Part shown: positions 46,835-60,600 of the stretch, one piece after another
How positions within the stretch are numbered: the first letter of the stretch is position 1
How the letters are laid out: every line of letters begins with the position of its first letter
Assembly: GCA_000146045.2 (NCBI GenBank)
Contig: BK006938.2
Coordinates: 288,001 to 352,000, forward strand
Origin: TPA_inf: Saccharomyces
Lineage: Eukaryota
Reading direction: 5' to 3'
DNA length: 64,000 nt
Notes under the pieces: generated by a model
Told to the model about the DNA's origin: nothing
The model's input: only the letters and a program-made list of their open reading frames with translations
Databases searched by the model: none
Program-made: the position numbers and the translations under genes

Positions 46835-48121
46835 ATGAGTATGTTATCTAGAAGATTATTTTCCACCTCTCGCCTTGCTGCTTTCAGTAAGATTAAGGTC
46901 AAACAACCCGTTGTCGAGTTGGACGGTGATGAAATGACCCGTATCATTTGGGATAAGATCAAGAAGAAATTGATTCTACCCTACTTGGACGTAGATTTGA
47001 AGTACTACGACTTATCTGTCGAATCTCGTGACGCCACCTCCGACAAGATTACTCAGGATGCTGCTGAGGCGATCAAGAAGTATGGTGTTGGTATCAAATG
47101 TGCCACCATCACTCCTGATGAAGCTCGTGTGAAGGAATTCAACCTGCACAAGATGTGGAAATCTCCTAATGGTACCATCAGAAACATTCTCGGCGGTACA
47201 GTGTTCAGAGAGCCCATTGTGATTCCTAGAATTCCTAGACTGGTCCCACGTTGGGAAAAACCAATCATTATTGGAAGACACGCCCACGGTGATCAATATA
47301 AAGCTACGGACACACTGATCCCAGGCCCAGGATCTTTGGAACTGGTCTACAAGCCATCCGACCCTACGACTGCTCAACCACAAACTTTGAAAGTGTATGA
47401 CTACAAGGGCAGTGGTGTGGCCATGGCCATGTACAATACTGACGAATCCATCGAAGGGTTTGCTCATTCGTCTTTCAAGCTGGCCATTGACAAAAAGCTA
47501 AATCTTTTCTTGTCAACCAAGAACACTATTTTGAAGAAATATGACGGTCGGTTCAAAGACATTTTCCAAGAAGTTTATGAAGCTCAATATAAATCCAAAT
47601 TCGAACAACTAGGGATCCACTATGAACACCGTTTAATTGATGATATGGTCGCTCAAATGATAAAATCTAAAGGTGGCTTTATCATGGCGCTAAAGAACTA
47701 TGACGGTGATGTCCAATCTGACATCGTCGCTCAAGGATTTGGCTCCTTAGGTTTGATGACTTCTATCTTAGTTACACCAGACGGTAAAACTTTCGAAAGT
47801 GAAGCTGCTCATGGTACCGTGACAAGACATTATAGAAAGTACCAAAAGGGTGAAGAAACTTCTACAAACTCCATTGCATCCATTTTCGCGTGGTCGAGAG
47901 GTCTATTGAAGAGAGGTGAATTGGACAATACTCCTGCTTTGTGTAAATTTGCCAATATTTTGGAATCCGCCACTTTGAACACAGTTCAGCAAGACGGTAT
48001 CATGACGAAGGACTTGGCTTTGGCTTGCGGTAACAACGAAAGATCTGCTTATGTTACCACAGAAGAATTTTTGGATGCCGTTGAAAAAAGACTACAAAAA
48101 GAAATCAAGTCGATCGAGTAA
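46835..48121 (+). CDS. IDP1: Mitochondrial NADP-dependent isocitrate dehydrogenase, 428 aa
   Basis: N-terminal presequence ([17 protein letters not shown]), then conserved NADP-IDH blocks ([39 protein letters not shown]). Confidence 0.92.
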   Translation: MSMLSRRLFSTSRLAAFSKIKVKQPVVELDGDEMTRIIWDKIKKKLILPYLDVDLKYYDLSVESRDATSDKITQDAAEAIKKYGVGIKCATITPDEARVKEFNLHKMWKSPNGTIRNILGGTVFREPIVIPRIPRLVPRWEKPIIIGRHAHGDQYKATDTLIPGPGSLELVYKPSDPTTAQPQTLKVYDYKGSGVAMAMYNTDESIEGFAHSSFKLAIDKKLNLFLSTKNTILKKYDGRFKDIFQEVYEAQYKSKFEQLGIHYEHRLIDDMVAQMIKSKGGFIMALKNYDGDVQSDIVAQGFGSLGLMTSILVTPDGKTFESEAAHGTVTRHYRKYQKGEETSTNSIASIFAWSRGLLKRGELDNTPALCKFANILESATLNTVQQDGIMTKDLALACGNNERSAYVTTEEFLDAVEKRLQKEIKSIE

Positions 48122-48206
48122 TCGAATTTACGTAGCCCAATCTACCACTTTTTTTTTTCATTTTTTAAAGTGTTATACTTAGTTATGCTCTAGGATAATG
48201 AACTAC

Positions 48207-48224
48207 TTTTTTTTTTTTTTTTTT
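48207..48224. repeat. T18 homopolymer between the convergent IDP1 and PEX19 3' ends
   Basis: Read directly. A second T10 lies at 48149-48158. Confidence 0.85.
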
Positions 48225-48248
48225 ACTGTTATCATAAATATATATACC

Positions 48249-49277
48249 TTATTGTTGTTTGCAACCGTCGGTTAATTCCTTATCAAGGTTCCCCAAGTTC
48301 GGATCATTACCATCAATTTCCAACATTTTCATGAGTTCTTCTTCTTCATTACCGTGTTTTAGGGGGCTGTTCGCACTTCTAATAGGGCTATCACCAAGCT
48401 GTTCTAATTCGTCCAAAAGTTCAGTAACACGATCTTTATGCTTTAGCTCGTCATAATCTTTCAATTCATAAATATTTACAATTTCGTCTACGATATTAAA
48501 TTGCCTCTTGTAGGTGCCTATCTTTTCCTTATGCTCTTCATTTTCACCGTTTTCTTGAAACCAAACACCGAACTCACTACGCATTTCTTTCATAGGCTCA
48601 TATAATACTTCTTTTGACGTCATTTGATCAAGTATTTTTGTTATTGCGTCGTCCATCTCCCCATCTTTTAGATCAAATTGATTTTCTGCACTTTCTTTTC
48701 CACCAGATGCTACCATTTGATCTAATAATTGTGACAATATATCATCAATATTATTATTTTGGCCACTGCGTTGAGATTCCTTGGTTTCTTCGGCTAGGGA
48801 TGTATCAACTTTATTACCATTTTCCTTTAACCTGTCTAGCGTATTGGAAACAATGTTTTTAAATCCCGGATTGCTACCATTCACGGTCCCTTTATCAGTG
48901 CTGTTACTTTTCAAACTACTACATCCTTGCTCCATCTGTTGATGAGGTACTTTAGCTGCCTCTTCTAGAGCACTAATCAGTTTATTAAAATCTTCTGTCT
49001 TCACATTATTCTCGTTACCGTTATTTTTCATCAAATTTGCGAACTCATTTTGCAAATCTACCATCATTTCTTTCAATTCTGGGTCCTCTTCAGATTCATT
49101 AGCTACCTGTACGCCATCACTGTCCTTACTTTCGGCATTCTTCTCTTTGTTTTCACTATCGTTGTACACAGAACCCTTCGCTTGCACATCATCGGGCTCT
49201 GCTTCATCCAGTTTAGTGGGATCTTCATCTAAAAGGTCATCCAAATCATCAAAATTATCGTACTCGTTTTCATTCAT
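48249..49277 (-). CDS. PEX19: Peroxisomal membrane protein chaperone and import receptor, 342 aa from the second ATG, with a C-terminal CaaX box (CKQQ)
   Basis: Acidic N-terminus and conserved Pex19 core. The C-terminus ...LTDGCKQQ is a farnesylation CaaX motif. The track ORF is 350 aa from an ATG 8 codons upstream. Confidence 0.8.
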   Translation of the reverse strand: MNENEYDNFDDLDDLLDEDPTKLDEAEPDDVQAKGSVYNDSENKEKNAESKDSDGVQVANESEEDPELKEMMVDLQNEFANLMKNNGNENNVKTEDFNKLISALEEAAKVPHQQMEQGCSSLKSNSTDKGTVNGSNPGFKNIVSNTLDRLKENGNKVDTSLAEETKESQRSGQNNNIDDILSQLLDQMVASGGKESAENQFDLKDGEMDDAITKILDQMTSKEVLYEPMKEMRSEFGVWFQENGENEEHKEKIGTYKRQFNIVDEIVNIYELKDYDELKHKDRVTELLDELEQLGDSPIRSANSPLKHGNEEEELMKMLEIDGNDPNLGNLDKELTDGCKQQ

Positions 49278-49486
49278 TACTTCGTGTTGTATGTTTGGCA
49301 TTTCTTCTTTCCGTCAATACTTCGGTTCCCACAATTTGTAATTCTTTCTTCACTTTATATCTCTCAGAAACCGCGTTTAACATCTGGAAATTAAAAATTA
49401 TTCCTGTCTCCATAACAAACATTTAAAAAAAGAAGAGAAATTTAGCATAGGATAAGCACACACTGGCACCATTTTTTGGAAGCAAT

Positions 49487-49524
49487 ATGAGTAGTTTGTG
49501 TCTACAGCGTCTTCAGGAAGAAAG
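49487..49524 (+). CDS. UBC9: SUMO-conjugating enzyme E2 Ubc9, exon 1 (MSSLCLQRLQEE plus 2 nt)
   Basis: ATG AGT AGT TTG TGT CTA CAG CGT CTT CAG GAA GAA AG, then a GTAAGT donor. Confidence 0.8.
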
Positions 49525-49634
49525 GTAAGTAGTAGTTTTCCTCCTTTTATGCTTACATTCTGTAGGCATACACAATTTCATCCAGCGGTATACTAACAAA
49601 TCGATGAACTTAACTTGTTTTACTTGAATAACAG
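49525..49634 (+). other. UBC9: UBC9 intron, about 110 nt
   Basis: GTAAGT donor (one mismatch to GTATGT), TACTAAC at about 49590-49596, acceptor aaCAG at 49632-49634. Confidence 0.8.
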
Positions 49635-50070
49635 AAAAAAATGGAGAAAGGATCATCCATTTGGATTTTATGCCAAACCAGTTAAGAAAGCTGATGGGTC
49701 CATGGATTTACAGAAATGGGAAGCTGGTATCCCAGGCAAAGAAGGTACAAACTGGGCGGGTGGTGTGTACCCAATTACAGTCGAATATCCAAATGAATAT
49801 CCTTCAAAACCTCCAAAGGTTAAATTTCCAGCCGGATTTTATCATCCAAACGTGTATCCAAGTGGCACAATATGTTTAAGTATTTTAAATGAAGATCAAG
49901 ATTGGAGACCCGCCATCACGTTAAAACAAATTGTTCTTGGGGTTCAGGATCTTTTAGACTCTCCAAATCCAAATTCCCCTGCTCAAGAGCCTGCATGGAG
50001 ATCATTTTCAAGAAATAAGGCGGAATATGACAAGAAAGTTTTGCTTCAAGCTAAACAGTACTCTAAATAG
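49635..50070 (+). CDS. UBC9: Ubc9 exon 2
   Basis: A AAA AAA TGG AGA AAG GAT CAT CCA TTT GGA TTT..., continuing through the UBC fold ([15 protein letters not shown], catalytic Cys). Total is 38 + 436 = 474 nt, giving 157 aa plus stop. Confidence 0.85.
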
Positions 50071-50271
50071 AGGGAATCCATCTTTCCCATTCTTCCTCCT
50101 TTTGTACTTTATTTAACTAATGTCGTTGTGTAACAAAAATAGAGCAAAATAACATTATTTACAAATTCTCAAAAATAATTTTTTGCTCTTTGTTTCTTAT
50201 GCTAAGTAAATAGAAAGATATTTTTTGTACCATTTTCTATAAGTATGGCAACTATATACACTTTAATAAAT

Positions 50272-52134
50272 CTATTGGTTAGTAGAATTTTCATTCATTT
50301 TGTAGTGAATGAAACTATCCAACGTAGTAAAGCAATCATGGCATCTTTCTTTTAGTTCGGGATTTTTGTTTTTATCAACCATTTTGAATTGCTGCCTCAA
50401 ATTTGGTACAACTTGGTCTTTTAGAATAGATAAAAATCCACCCCTTACAAATATTGGTTCATTATAGTCGTAAGAGGCATCCCCGTAAATTTGGAAAAGC
50501 GAATTTGTCATTTCTATCAAAATTTCAGGGCGAACATTCAACTGTGTTAAAGTTTGTATGAAGAACTGCCCAATCTCCTTATTTGCATCAATTTGTCCCT
50601 GAATCATAGCATATGTGCTTAGTACATTAATACATTTTTGTTGTAACTCAAGGTCATTATTATTTTGGAACTCTTCAATAATTCCCCTAGCGAATCCTGA
50701 ATTGTTCAGCATTTGGACATTGATCAATGCTCGATTCTCACTTTCAAACGCTCCATCAGGAAAGATGAGTTTCAGAAGCGCCCAAATACAGCCCATTCTT
50801 CCTATTTTAATACTCAAATCATCTTGGCTGTCCAACTGTGTAACATAACTCCATAAGGTGGTTAACAACTCTCCAGAGAGCTCTGTTAGAGATAGAGACA
50901 CAAAGAGCCAGATCAGATTGTTCCATCCGATCAATATTCGCGAGGTGAAGGTATCTTTCAAAATCATGAAAACGTGAGGTAAGAAATTTGTTAAGGTATT
51001 GATTAGCTCCTCTGGAATTGCTACTTCCTGTGATTCTGGTGATTCATATTTGGATGCAACTATCTCAATGATTGCGGTGATAAGATCAATTGCTATTTCA
51101 ATGCTTTGCAATTTTATCATGGATTCGTTACGTTTCGCATTGTAATCCTTGATCTTAGTTATAACCTTACTGCTTTCATCTTTACTAGTAGCAGGTCCAA
51201 TTTCTACAGGGTTATTAATGTCATTAACTAACTGTACTGGATCAATGTTATTAATGGAATGACATACAGAGTGGATCATTTTGTTACATTGATCATAAGT
51301 TATTTTCATGTCAAGGAATTGGCAATGGATACCTTCAATTAGAACTTTTGTTAATTCATTAGCTTGTGGATGTAAAGCCGGAGATAGCCCATTTAAGAAC
51401 TGTGATAGAAGTTCATTGTTGGAAACATGATCAATAAATTCAAATGATTCGGAACTCAAATCATAAATGAGATCAAGAGTGGTATTGAACAGATTAATTG
51501 GCAGTTTCTCGACACCATATTTTAATAGCTGTGAAATGACCTGAAAAATTTCATTTATTTTACTTTCCGTTAATATCTCATTAAGAATATCGTCGGATCC
51601 ATTAGACAGAGCCACCACTAACGACAGTAAGTTATCGGCAAAATCGAATAACAACCTTTTAGATTCTATTTTGGATTTTCCTGCAGGTTTTAGCTGCGGT
51701 TGCTGTTCTGCTGCTTGCAAAGCGGATAACGATTCAACAATCCTGCCAAAATTACTTGTTATACTTGTCCATATATCAGATCTCCAAAGGTAGATTGACA
51801 CATCATAACCTTCTTCCAAAGACAAGTTCCTTAATAAGCCGAACGACTCCACAACTATGTCCGAATTAGAATCGTTCAGCAATTTATTCAAAATGATAGG
51901 AACTAATTTCTCTTTCAGTAAAAGTTGTCTCATATGTGCATCCTCACAAAGAACACTGATGGAACTCAAAGCAATACTTCTATCATTAGGCACCACACTT
52001 GACAAATTCTGCAATAGCGGCTGGAGTTTTTTATTAACGACGTTGGTATCTTTATTATTGTCATTTGACCCAGCTTTGCGTAGTGGATTTAATCGAGACG
52101 AAGATGCTCTTGATCTTTTCTTTGATCTGCCCAT
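50272..52134 (-). CDS. SYO1: Armadillo/HEAT-repeat import adaptor for ribosomal proteins uL18/uL5, 620 aa from the annotated ATG
   Basis: The track ORF is 666 aa. The 620-aa product starts at [18 protein letters not shown] (basic NLS-like N-terminus), followed by ARM/HEAT-like repeats. Position matches YDL063C. Confidence 0.7.
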
Positions 52135-52285
52135 TCTTTTCTGCCCTAAAAAGTCGATTTCTGCGTCCTTGTACAAACTCGAAAATCTGATCGAAAGTAC
52201 TTGGAATCCAGTAAGAATAATGGGGGCGTTGCTACGAAGATTTAATTTTACAATACATAGACCTTTAAACAATGGTAGATAAATG

Positions 52286-52320
52286 GATGAGATGAGATGA
52301 GATGAGATGAGATGAGATGA
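52286..52320. repeat. (GATGA)7 pentanucleotide tandem repeat, read as (TCATC)7 on the SYO1 strand
   Basis: Seven perfect GATGA units, just 5' of the longest SYO1 ORF on the minus strand. Confidence 0.9.
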
Positions 52321-52627
52321 AAAATTTTCTGAATAAGAGAACTACTCGTTCTAAATGATTATTGTACATTTTGCATAGAAAAATGGCAATAAACAGGGCA
52401 GTACTATTTCATCATCATCACTAAACATTAGTTGGCAAACTTATTAAGCCAACAGTACTTGTGACTAGAATTTTTTATTATATCGCCAATATTTAATGAT
52501 AAACATAATATAGTAATACCAAAAATAATTATGATAACTTATACAAAAGAAGTGGAAAGAAAAGGAAAGAAGTAATCAAAGTAACTCAAAAAAGGTTAAT
52601 GATTACGATGTTACAATCGCTCTTGAC

Positions 52628-52798
52628 TTATCTGTACTTGTGGAAACCAATGTCGTTAGCCTTTTCTCTGAAACATTGACGACAGATGTTTAAGTCGTAC
52701 TTTCTGACCAAACCAGTGTGGGAGGAGCAGACACGACATTGACGGGAACCTTTACCGAATCTTCTTGGGTGGGAGAACCAAACGTTTTCGTGAGCCAT
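52628..52798 (-). CDS. RPS29B: Ribosomal protein S29 (uS14), 56 aa zinc-binding protein; missing from the ORF track
   Basis: The minus strand reads ATG GCT CAC GAA AAC GTT TGG TTC TCC CAC CCA AGA AGA TTC GGT AAA GGT TCC CGT CAA TGT CGT GTC TGC TCC TCC CAC..., giving [56 protein letters not shown] then TAA. Confidence 0.85.
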   Translation of the reverse strand: MAHENVWFSHPRRFGKGSRQCRVCSSHTGLVRKYDLNICRQCFREKANDIGFHKYR

Positions 52799-53600
52799 TT
52801 TGTATATATTCTATAACCAATAAGTTTTCAAAATTGAATAGAAAAATGTTAGTATTATAATTTTTGCAGTTTTTATGTTTTCCAGGAGTTCCATGGACGT
52901 GTACAATAGAATTTTTCGACTATCGAAGTTAAAAGGAAATAAATATAAGCTTATGCTATGGCTCATTGTATTTGACATAATTTGAAGCTTTGTTGATGTT
53001 TGATGCTTGTTGCTACATTCAATAAACACATCGTCTTATTCCACCATGGGGCCACCAGAAAGGCTCCCCCCTACTGCTAGCCACAGATATTTTCCTCGAA
53101 TTTTCAATTCTTTTAGTTGTAAATTTTAGTTACAAATCCAAATCAGCGCAGATACTTTCCTGCTGTTCCTTCATTCTGCATACACGTCCCTTGTCTCTTC
53201 AATCCGCGTTTCCACATACATTTAGCTATAGTTTCTTTCAAAGAATTTCTCAAACTACTAATCCCAATACCTAATAACCACTTCTTGTACTGACGGTTAT
53301 ACCTTTAAGACTTGACGCTTTCCCAGGCAAAATGTAACATTTTCCACCGCGCTGTTCGTACAACGCGAGAAGATCTTTATAAAGAGTACCCAGATGTTCC
53401 CCCCAAGTGAAATAAATAGGCCTACTTAGGACTGGGTGTTAAAATGTACGGATGGAAAAGTAGACTCGATATTCAATTACAGCTAAGAAAAATTTTCAGT
53501 TCTGCTCATCTCATCACCAGTAAAAAAATGTGTGAGTTAGAAGTTGATATGAGTTGTGATATTAATCGCAGAAATTTATTTGTTAGTTGAAGAGCGGTAG

Positions 53601-55985
<2,385 letters not shown>

Positions 55986-56004
55986 AGTGATAAAAATATA
56001 CACG

Positions 56005-56030
56005 TATATATATATATATATATATATATA
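56005..56030. repeat. (TA)13 microsatellite just 3' of TSR1
   Basis: Perfect TA run. Confidence 0.9.
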
Positions 56031-56236
56031 AGTACGTGAGATCTATTTGTATAATATAATGCTAATAAAATAGTATCAACGATACTGTTGATAAAGGTAA
56101 GTCGATACCTGTTCCGTTCGCATCAAATACAAATGCCACTTATTTTGTAGAGGTATTAATGCATTATGTGAAAATTATGACTTTTTATCAAGCAAAATAA
56201 ATTTGCTACTTGTGCCCTTTTTCTTTCTTTTTTTTT

Positions 56237-56953
56237 TTATTTGATATGCGTGCCTTTAGCATCCTCCAATTTGATAAAAGTCGGCTTGCTATTAGTCGCT
56301 GACAATAAGTTGTAATTGGTGTTAGCTTCATTTTTAATTTTTTTTGAGCCATACAAGCCATCGACATAGTAATTATTTGTAATCTTAGTCTCATAATCGA
56401 GTATGATTTTTTCAAAGCTCAATAACGCCTTCTTTAACGCATCGCCTACAGCCTCTTTTTTCGACCTGTTATAACATTCACCTCTCGAGGACAAAGTAAT
56501 TCTACCTAGCCCACCACACTGTGTGTTGGTGCCATCCTTTAAGGTAACCTTTACTTGGGCTTCTGCCACAACTGTATACTTGACCTCACTAGTGTTGGTG
56601 TTTTCTCCATTATTTACTGCGGTGAAGGGCTGGCACTCCCGGGCCTCAACATCTATAACATCCATTCGCCAACCATCATACCCGAATGTTTCATTAGCGA
56701 ACTGAATGAGAGCATGCCCTGGTATCAGCTTAGATAAGTTGTGCTTCCCATATTTATTATTGTGGTAAATATTGTACGTGTACCTTTCGATCTTGGACTG
56801 TAGAAGCCCAATCCTCTGCACCGACCAAGCGCTGGCAGGTCTTCCATTCCAATCTTCGATGATTTGGAACTCTTTTATATCCAAGCCCGGTGCTGTGCCG
56901 TATGTAGTCGAATCATACGATATGCTCGAACTGGGCTTCGCTTGTATCGTCAT
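56237..56953 (-). CDS. RAD59: Rad52-paralog single-strand annealing protein, 238 aa
   Basis: 238-aa ORF with a Rad52 N-terminal-domain-like core (WSVQRIGLLQSKIERYTYNIYHNNKYGKHNLSKLIPGHALIQFANETFGYDGW). Length matches YDL059C. Confidence 0.8.
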   Translation of the reverse strand: MTIQAKPSSSISYDSTTYGTAPGLDIKEFQIIEDWNGRPASAWSVQRIGLLQSKIERYTYNIYHNNKYGKHNLSKLIPGHALIQFANETFGYDGWRMDVIDVEARECQPFTAVNNGENTNTSEVKYTVVAEAQVKVTLKDGTNTQCGGLGRITLSSRGECYNRSKKEAVGDALKKALLSFEKIILDYETKITNNYYVDGLYGSKKIKNEANTNYNLLSATNSKPTFIKLEDAKGTHIK

Positions 56954-57664
56954 TATTTTGTCTGTTTATCCTGAAATATGCTCTTCTCCTCTACGTAACC
57001 CTTTAATGGTCCAAAGCATGTGCTAAACTGCCACAGACTCCCTCAATGATGTTCTTATCCTTCCTTGCCGTTACTGCTTCCTATCATATCTGCCCTTGCC
57101 AAACTGTGGCTTCCTCTAATCAATTTGCCCCAGTACATTGAAAAGCACGTGACGTGACACCAACTTGAAAGACATTAGTGTCCAACGCGATATAATGGTC
57201 AATAAAATACCCAATTTTATCAAGTGAACATGATATTATTCAATACTATAGTACTTTAAAGAAAACTTCAACAAGTTGCTTCATTGCTATATTATACAAT
57301 TATGGGTGATGCCGGTCGGCTAACCTTTCTTTCGCAGCGCCACATACAAGAACATATGGTAATTACTAAGAACTTTTTGGAAACTATTTCCATGAAGAAA
57401 ACAAAATTTACTGGCTTCTGTCTTCGAAGTAAATTTAGCGAACTTGATACTTTCGTTTGGACAGTCGTTTAGATTTGCAACTGTCTGTTCTTATTTCTTG
57501 CTATTATTACCAGAAATAAAGCCTAAAGCGCGTGGTTCTTACGAAAAAAATAGACCTTGCACATTAACAGGGTTTAGACATCACAGAGACTGAATACTGG
57601 AGAGAAGACAATTCTTGTTCACGACTTCGAGTGATTAATATCTATAACAACCCTCCTATCAAGA

Positions 57665-60600
57665 ATGGACATCATTCAAGGACTGATACAGCAACCAAAA
57701 ATTCAATCTGTGGATGAAACCATTCCGACGTTGTGCGATCGAGTTGAGAACTCCACTTTGATTAGCGATAGGAGATCCGCTGTGCTGGGATTAAAGGCAT
57801 TTAGCCGGCAGTATAGAGAATCAGTGATTGCATCCGGGCTAAAACCGTTGCTCAATACTTTGAAACGTGATTATATGGATGAAGATTCGGTAAAGGCTAT
57901 ATTAGAAACAATTTTGATTCTTTTCATCAGAGGCGATGGCCATGACGACTTAACTAGAGGTTGGATTTCTCAACAATCGCGGTTGCAGAATGGCAAGTAT
58001 CCCTCACCATTGGTGATGAAGCAAGAAAAGGAACAAGTAGATCAGTTCTCGTTATGGATTGCTGATGCTTTGACGCAGTCTGAAGATTTAATTCACCTAC
58101 TTGTTGAATTTTGGGAAATCGATAATTTCCATATTAGATTGTACACAATTCAATTACTAGAGGCAGTGATGGCCACGAGGCCGTTGAAGGCGAGAAGTGC
58201 TTTGATTTCACTTCCAACGAGCATATCCACAATGGTCTCACTCCTAGATGACATGCATGAGCCCATCAGGGATGAAGCTATTTTATTATTAATGGCAGTA
58301 GTGAACGATTCACCTCACGTTCAAAAATTGGTTGCTTTTGAAAACATTTTTGAAAGGCTCTTTTCCATCATCGAAGAAGAAGGTGGGTTAAGAGGCTCTC
58401 TCGTCGTCAATGATTGTTTATCGTTGATCAATAACATCCTGAAGTATAACACTTCTAATCAAACTTTATTCCTTGAGACAGGAAACTTGCCAAAACTGGC
58501 ACACCTTTTGAGTGAACCAATATCTCAAGATGAAGTTTTTTTTTGGAATGATCAAAGGATAGTTAATATCAATACAGCTTTAGATATCGTCAGCCTAACA
58601 GTAGAGCCAGGAAATACTGTCACCACTAAGCATCAAAATGCGTTGCTTGACTCAAGCGTATTAATGGTTGTGTTGCGACTTGCATTCTTTCATAATATCC
58701 CAAAAAAAGTTAGACCGGTTGCTCTTTTGACTGCCGCAAACATGGTTAGAAGTAATGAACATGCACAGCTAGAGTTTAGTAAGATCGATGTTCCATATTT
58801 CGATCCTTCATTACCTGTAAACTCTACTGCAAACGGTGGTCCAATTAAATTAATTCCTGTAGTCAGCATCTTGATAAATTGGATGCTCTATGCCAACTCC
58901 GTTCACACGTTTGATACAAGAGTTGCGTGTTCTAGACTATTAAAGGCTTATTTCATGGATAATTTTGATCTTCAAAGAGATTTTTTACTAAAACAAGTCC
59001 AATTGTGTAATAATTCAACAAATAATGTCGGCGACAATGCTAAAGAAAATGGTGGTTCTAACAAATCTGATAAAGAAAGTGATTCAGATAAAGATACCGA
59101 CGGGAAGGATGGCACTGAATATGAAGGTTCTTTCAAGGCAAATCTATTCGAAGTCCTGTTAAATTATGACGCAGAATTGAATCTGAACCCTTTTAAATTA
59201 TTCTTCACAACTGATATTTTTATGTTTTTTTTCCAACAGGATCACAAATATAGCGAAGAACTACGTGAAATAACAAGAAATGTTACCACCGGTAACGATC
59301 TCGAAGACGAAGAACCCTTAAAGGCAATTCAAACAATAAGTGAATTGCTAACTACTTCCCTTACTGCTGCTGACATAAGAATTCCTATTTCCTACTTAAC
59401 GTTCCTAATATATTGGCTCTTTGGCGACTTTAAGGCCACGAACGATTTTCTTTCGGATAAATCCGTGATTAAATCCTTGCTTTCCTTCTCTTACCAAATT
59501 CAAGATGAAGACGTTACTATCAAATGCCTTGTAACAATGTTACTAGGTGTGGCATACGAGTTTTCCTCGAAAGAATCTCCATTCCCAAGAAAGGAATACT
59601 TCGAATTCATCACTAAAACTTTGGGAAAAGACAATTATGCTTCTCGAATCAAACAATTTAAAAAAGATTCATATTTCTCAAAAGTTGATATGAATGAAGA
59701 CAGTATACTAACTCCGGAGCTTGATGAAACTGGTTTACCAAAAGTTTATTTCAGCACTTACTTCATACAGTTATTTAATGAAAACATATACAGGATCAGA
59801 ACTGCATTGTCTCACGACCCTGACGAAGAGCCAATCAATAAAATATCTTTCGAAGAAGTCGAAAAATTACAGAGGCAATGTACAAAATTGAAGGGTGAGA
59901 TAACTTCTTTGCAAACAGAAACGGAAAGCACCCATGAGAACCTCACCGAAAAATTGATTGCGTTGACTAATGAACACAAAGAGTTGGATGAGAAATACCA
60001 AATTTTGAATTCCTCACATTCTTCGTTGAAAGAAAACTTTTCCATTTTGGAAACTGAATTGAAGAACGTCAGAGATTCCTTGGATGAAATGACGCAACTG
60101 AGAGATGTACTGGAAACTAAGGACAAAGAAAATCAAACTGCTTTACTGGAGTACAAAAGCACAATCCACAAACAAGAAGACTCTATCAAAACTTTAGAAA
60201 AAGGACTTGAAACTATTTTGTCTCAAAAGAAAAAGGCAGAAGATGGTATAAACAAAATGGGTAAAGATTTATTCGCTCTGAGTAGAGAGATGCAAGCAGT
60301 TGAGGAGAATTGTAAAAATTTACAGAAGGAAAAAGATAAAAGCAATGTCAACCATCAGAAAGAGACTAAATCACTAAAAGAAGATATTGCGGCAAAAATT
60401 ACTGAAATAAAAGCTATCAATGAAAATCTGGAAGAAATGAAAATTCAATGTAATAATTTATCAAAAGAAAAGGAACATATTTCGAAGGAACTTGTTGAGT
60501 ACAAATCCCGCTTTCAGAGTCATGACAATCTAGTAGCGAAACTAACAGAAAAATTGAAATCCTTAGCAAATAACTATAAGGATATGCAAGCTGAAAATGA

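Noticed and set aside
47012-47467. 151-aa and 71-aa minus-strand ORFs inside IDP1
   Set aside because: Antisense to a highly conserved metabolic enzyme gene.
51857-52282. 141-aa plus-strand ORF antisense to the SYO1 N-terminal region
   Set aside because: Antisense overlap with a conserved gene. It is probably dubious ORF YDL062W.
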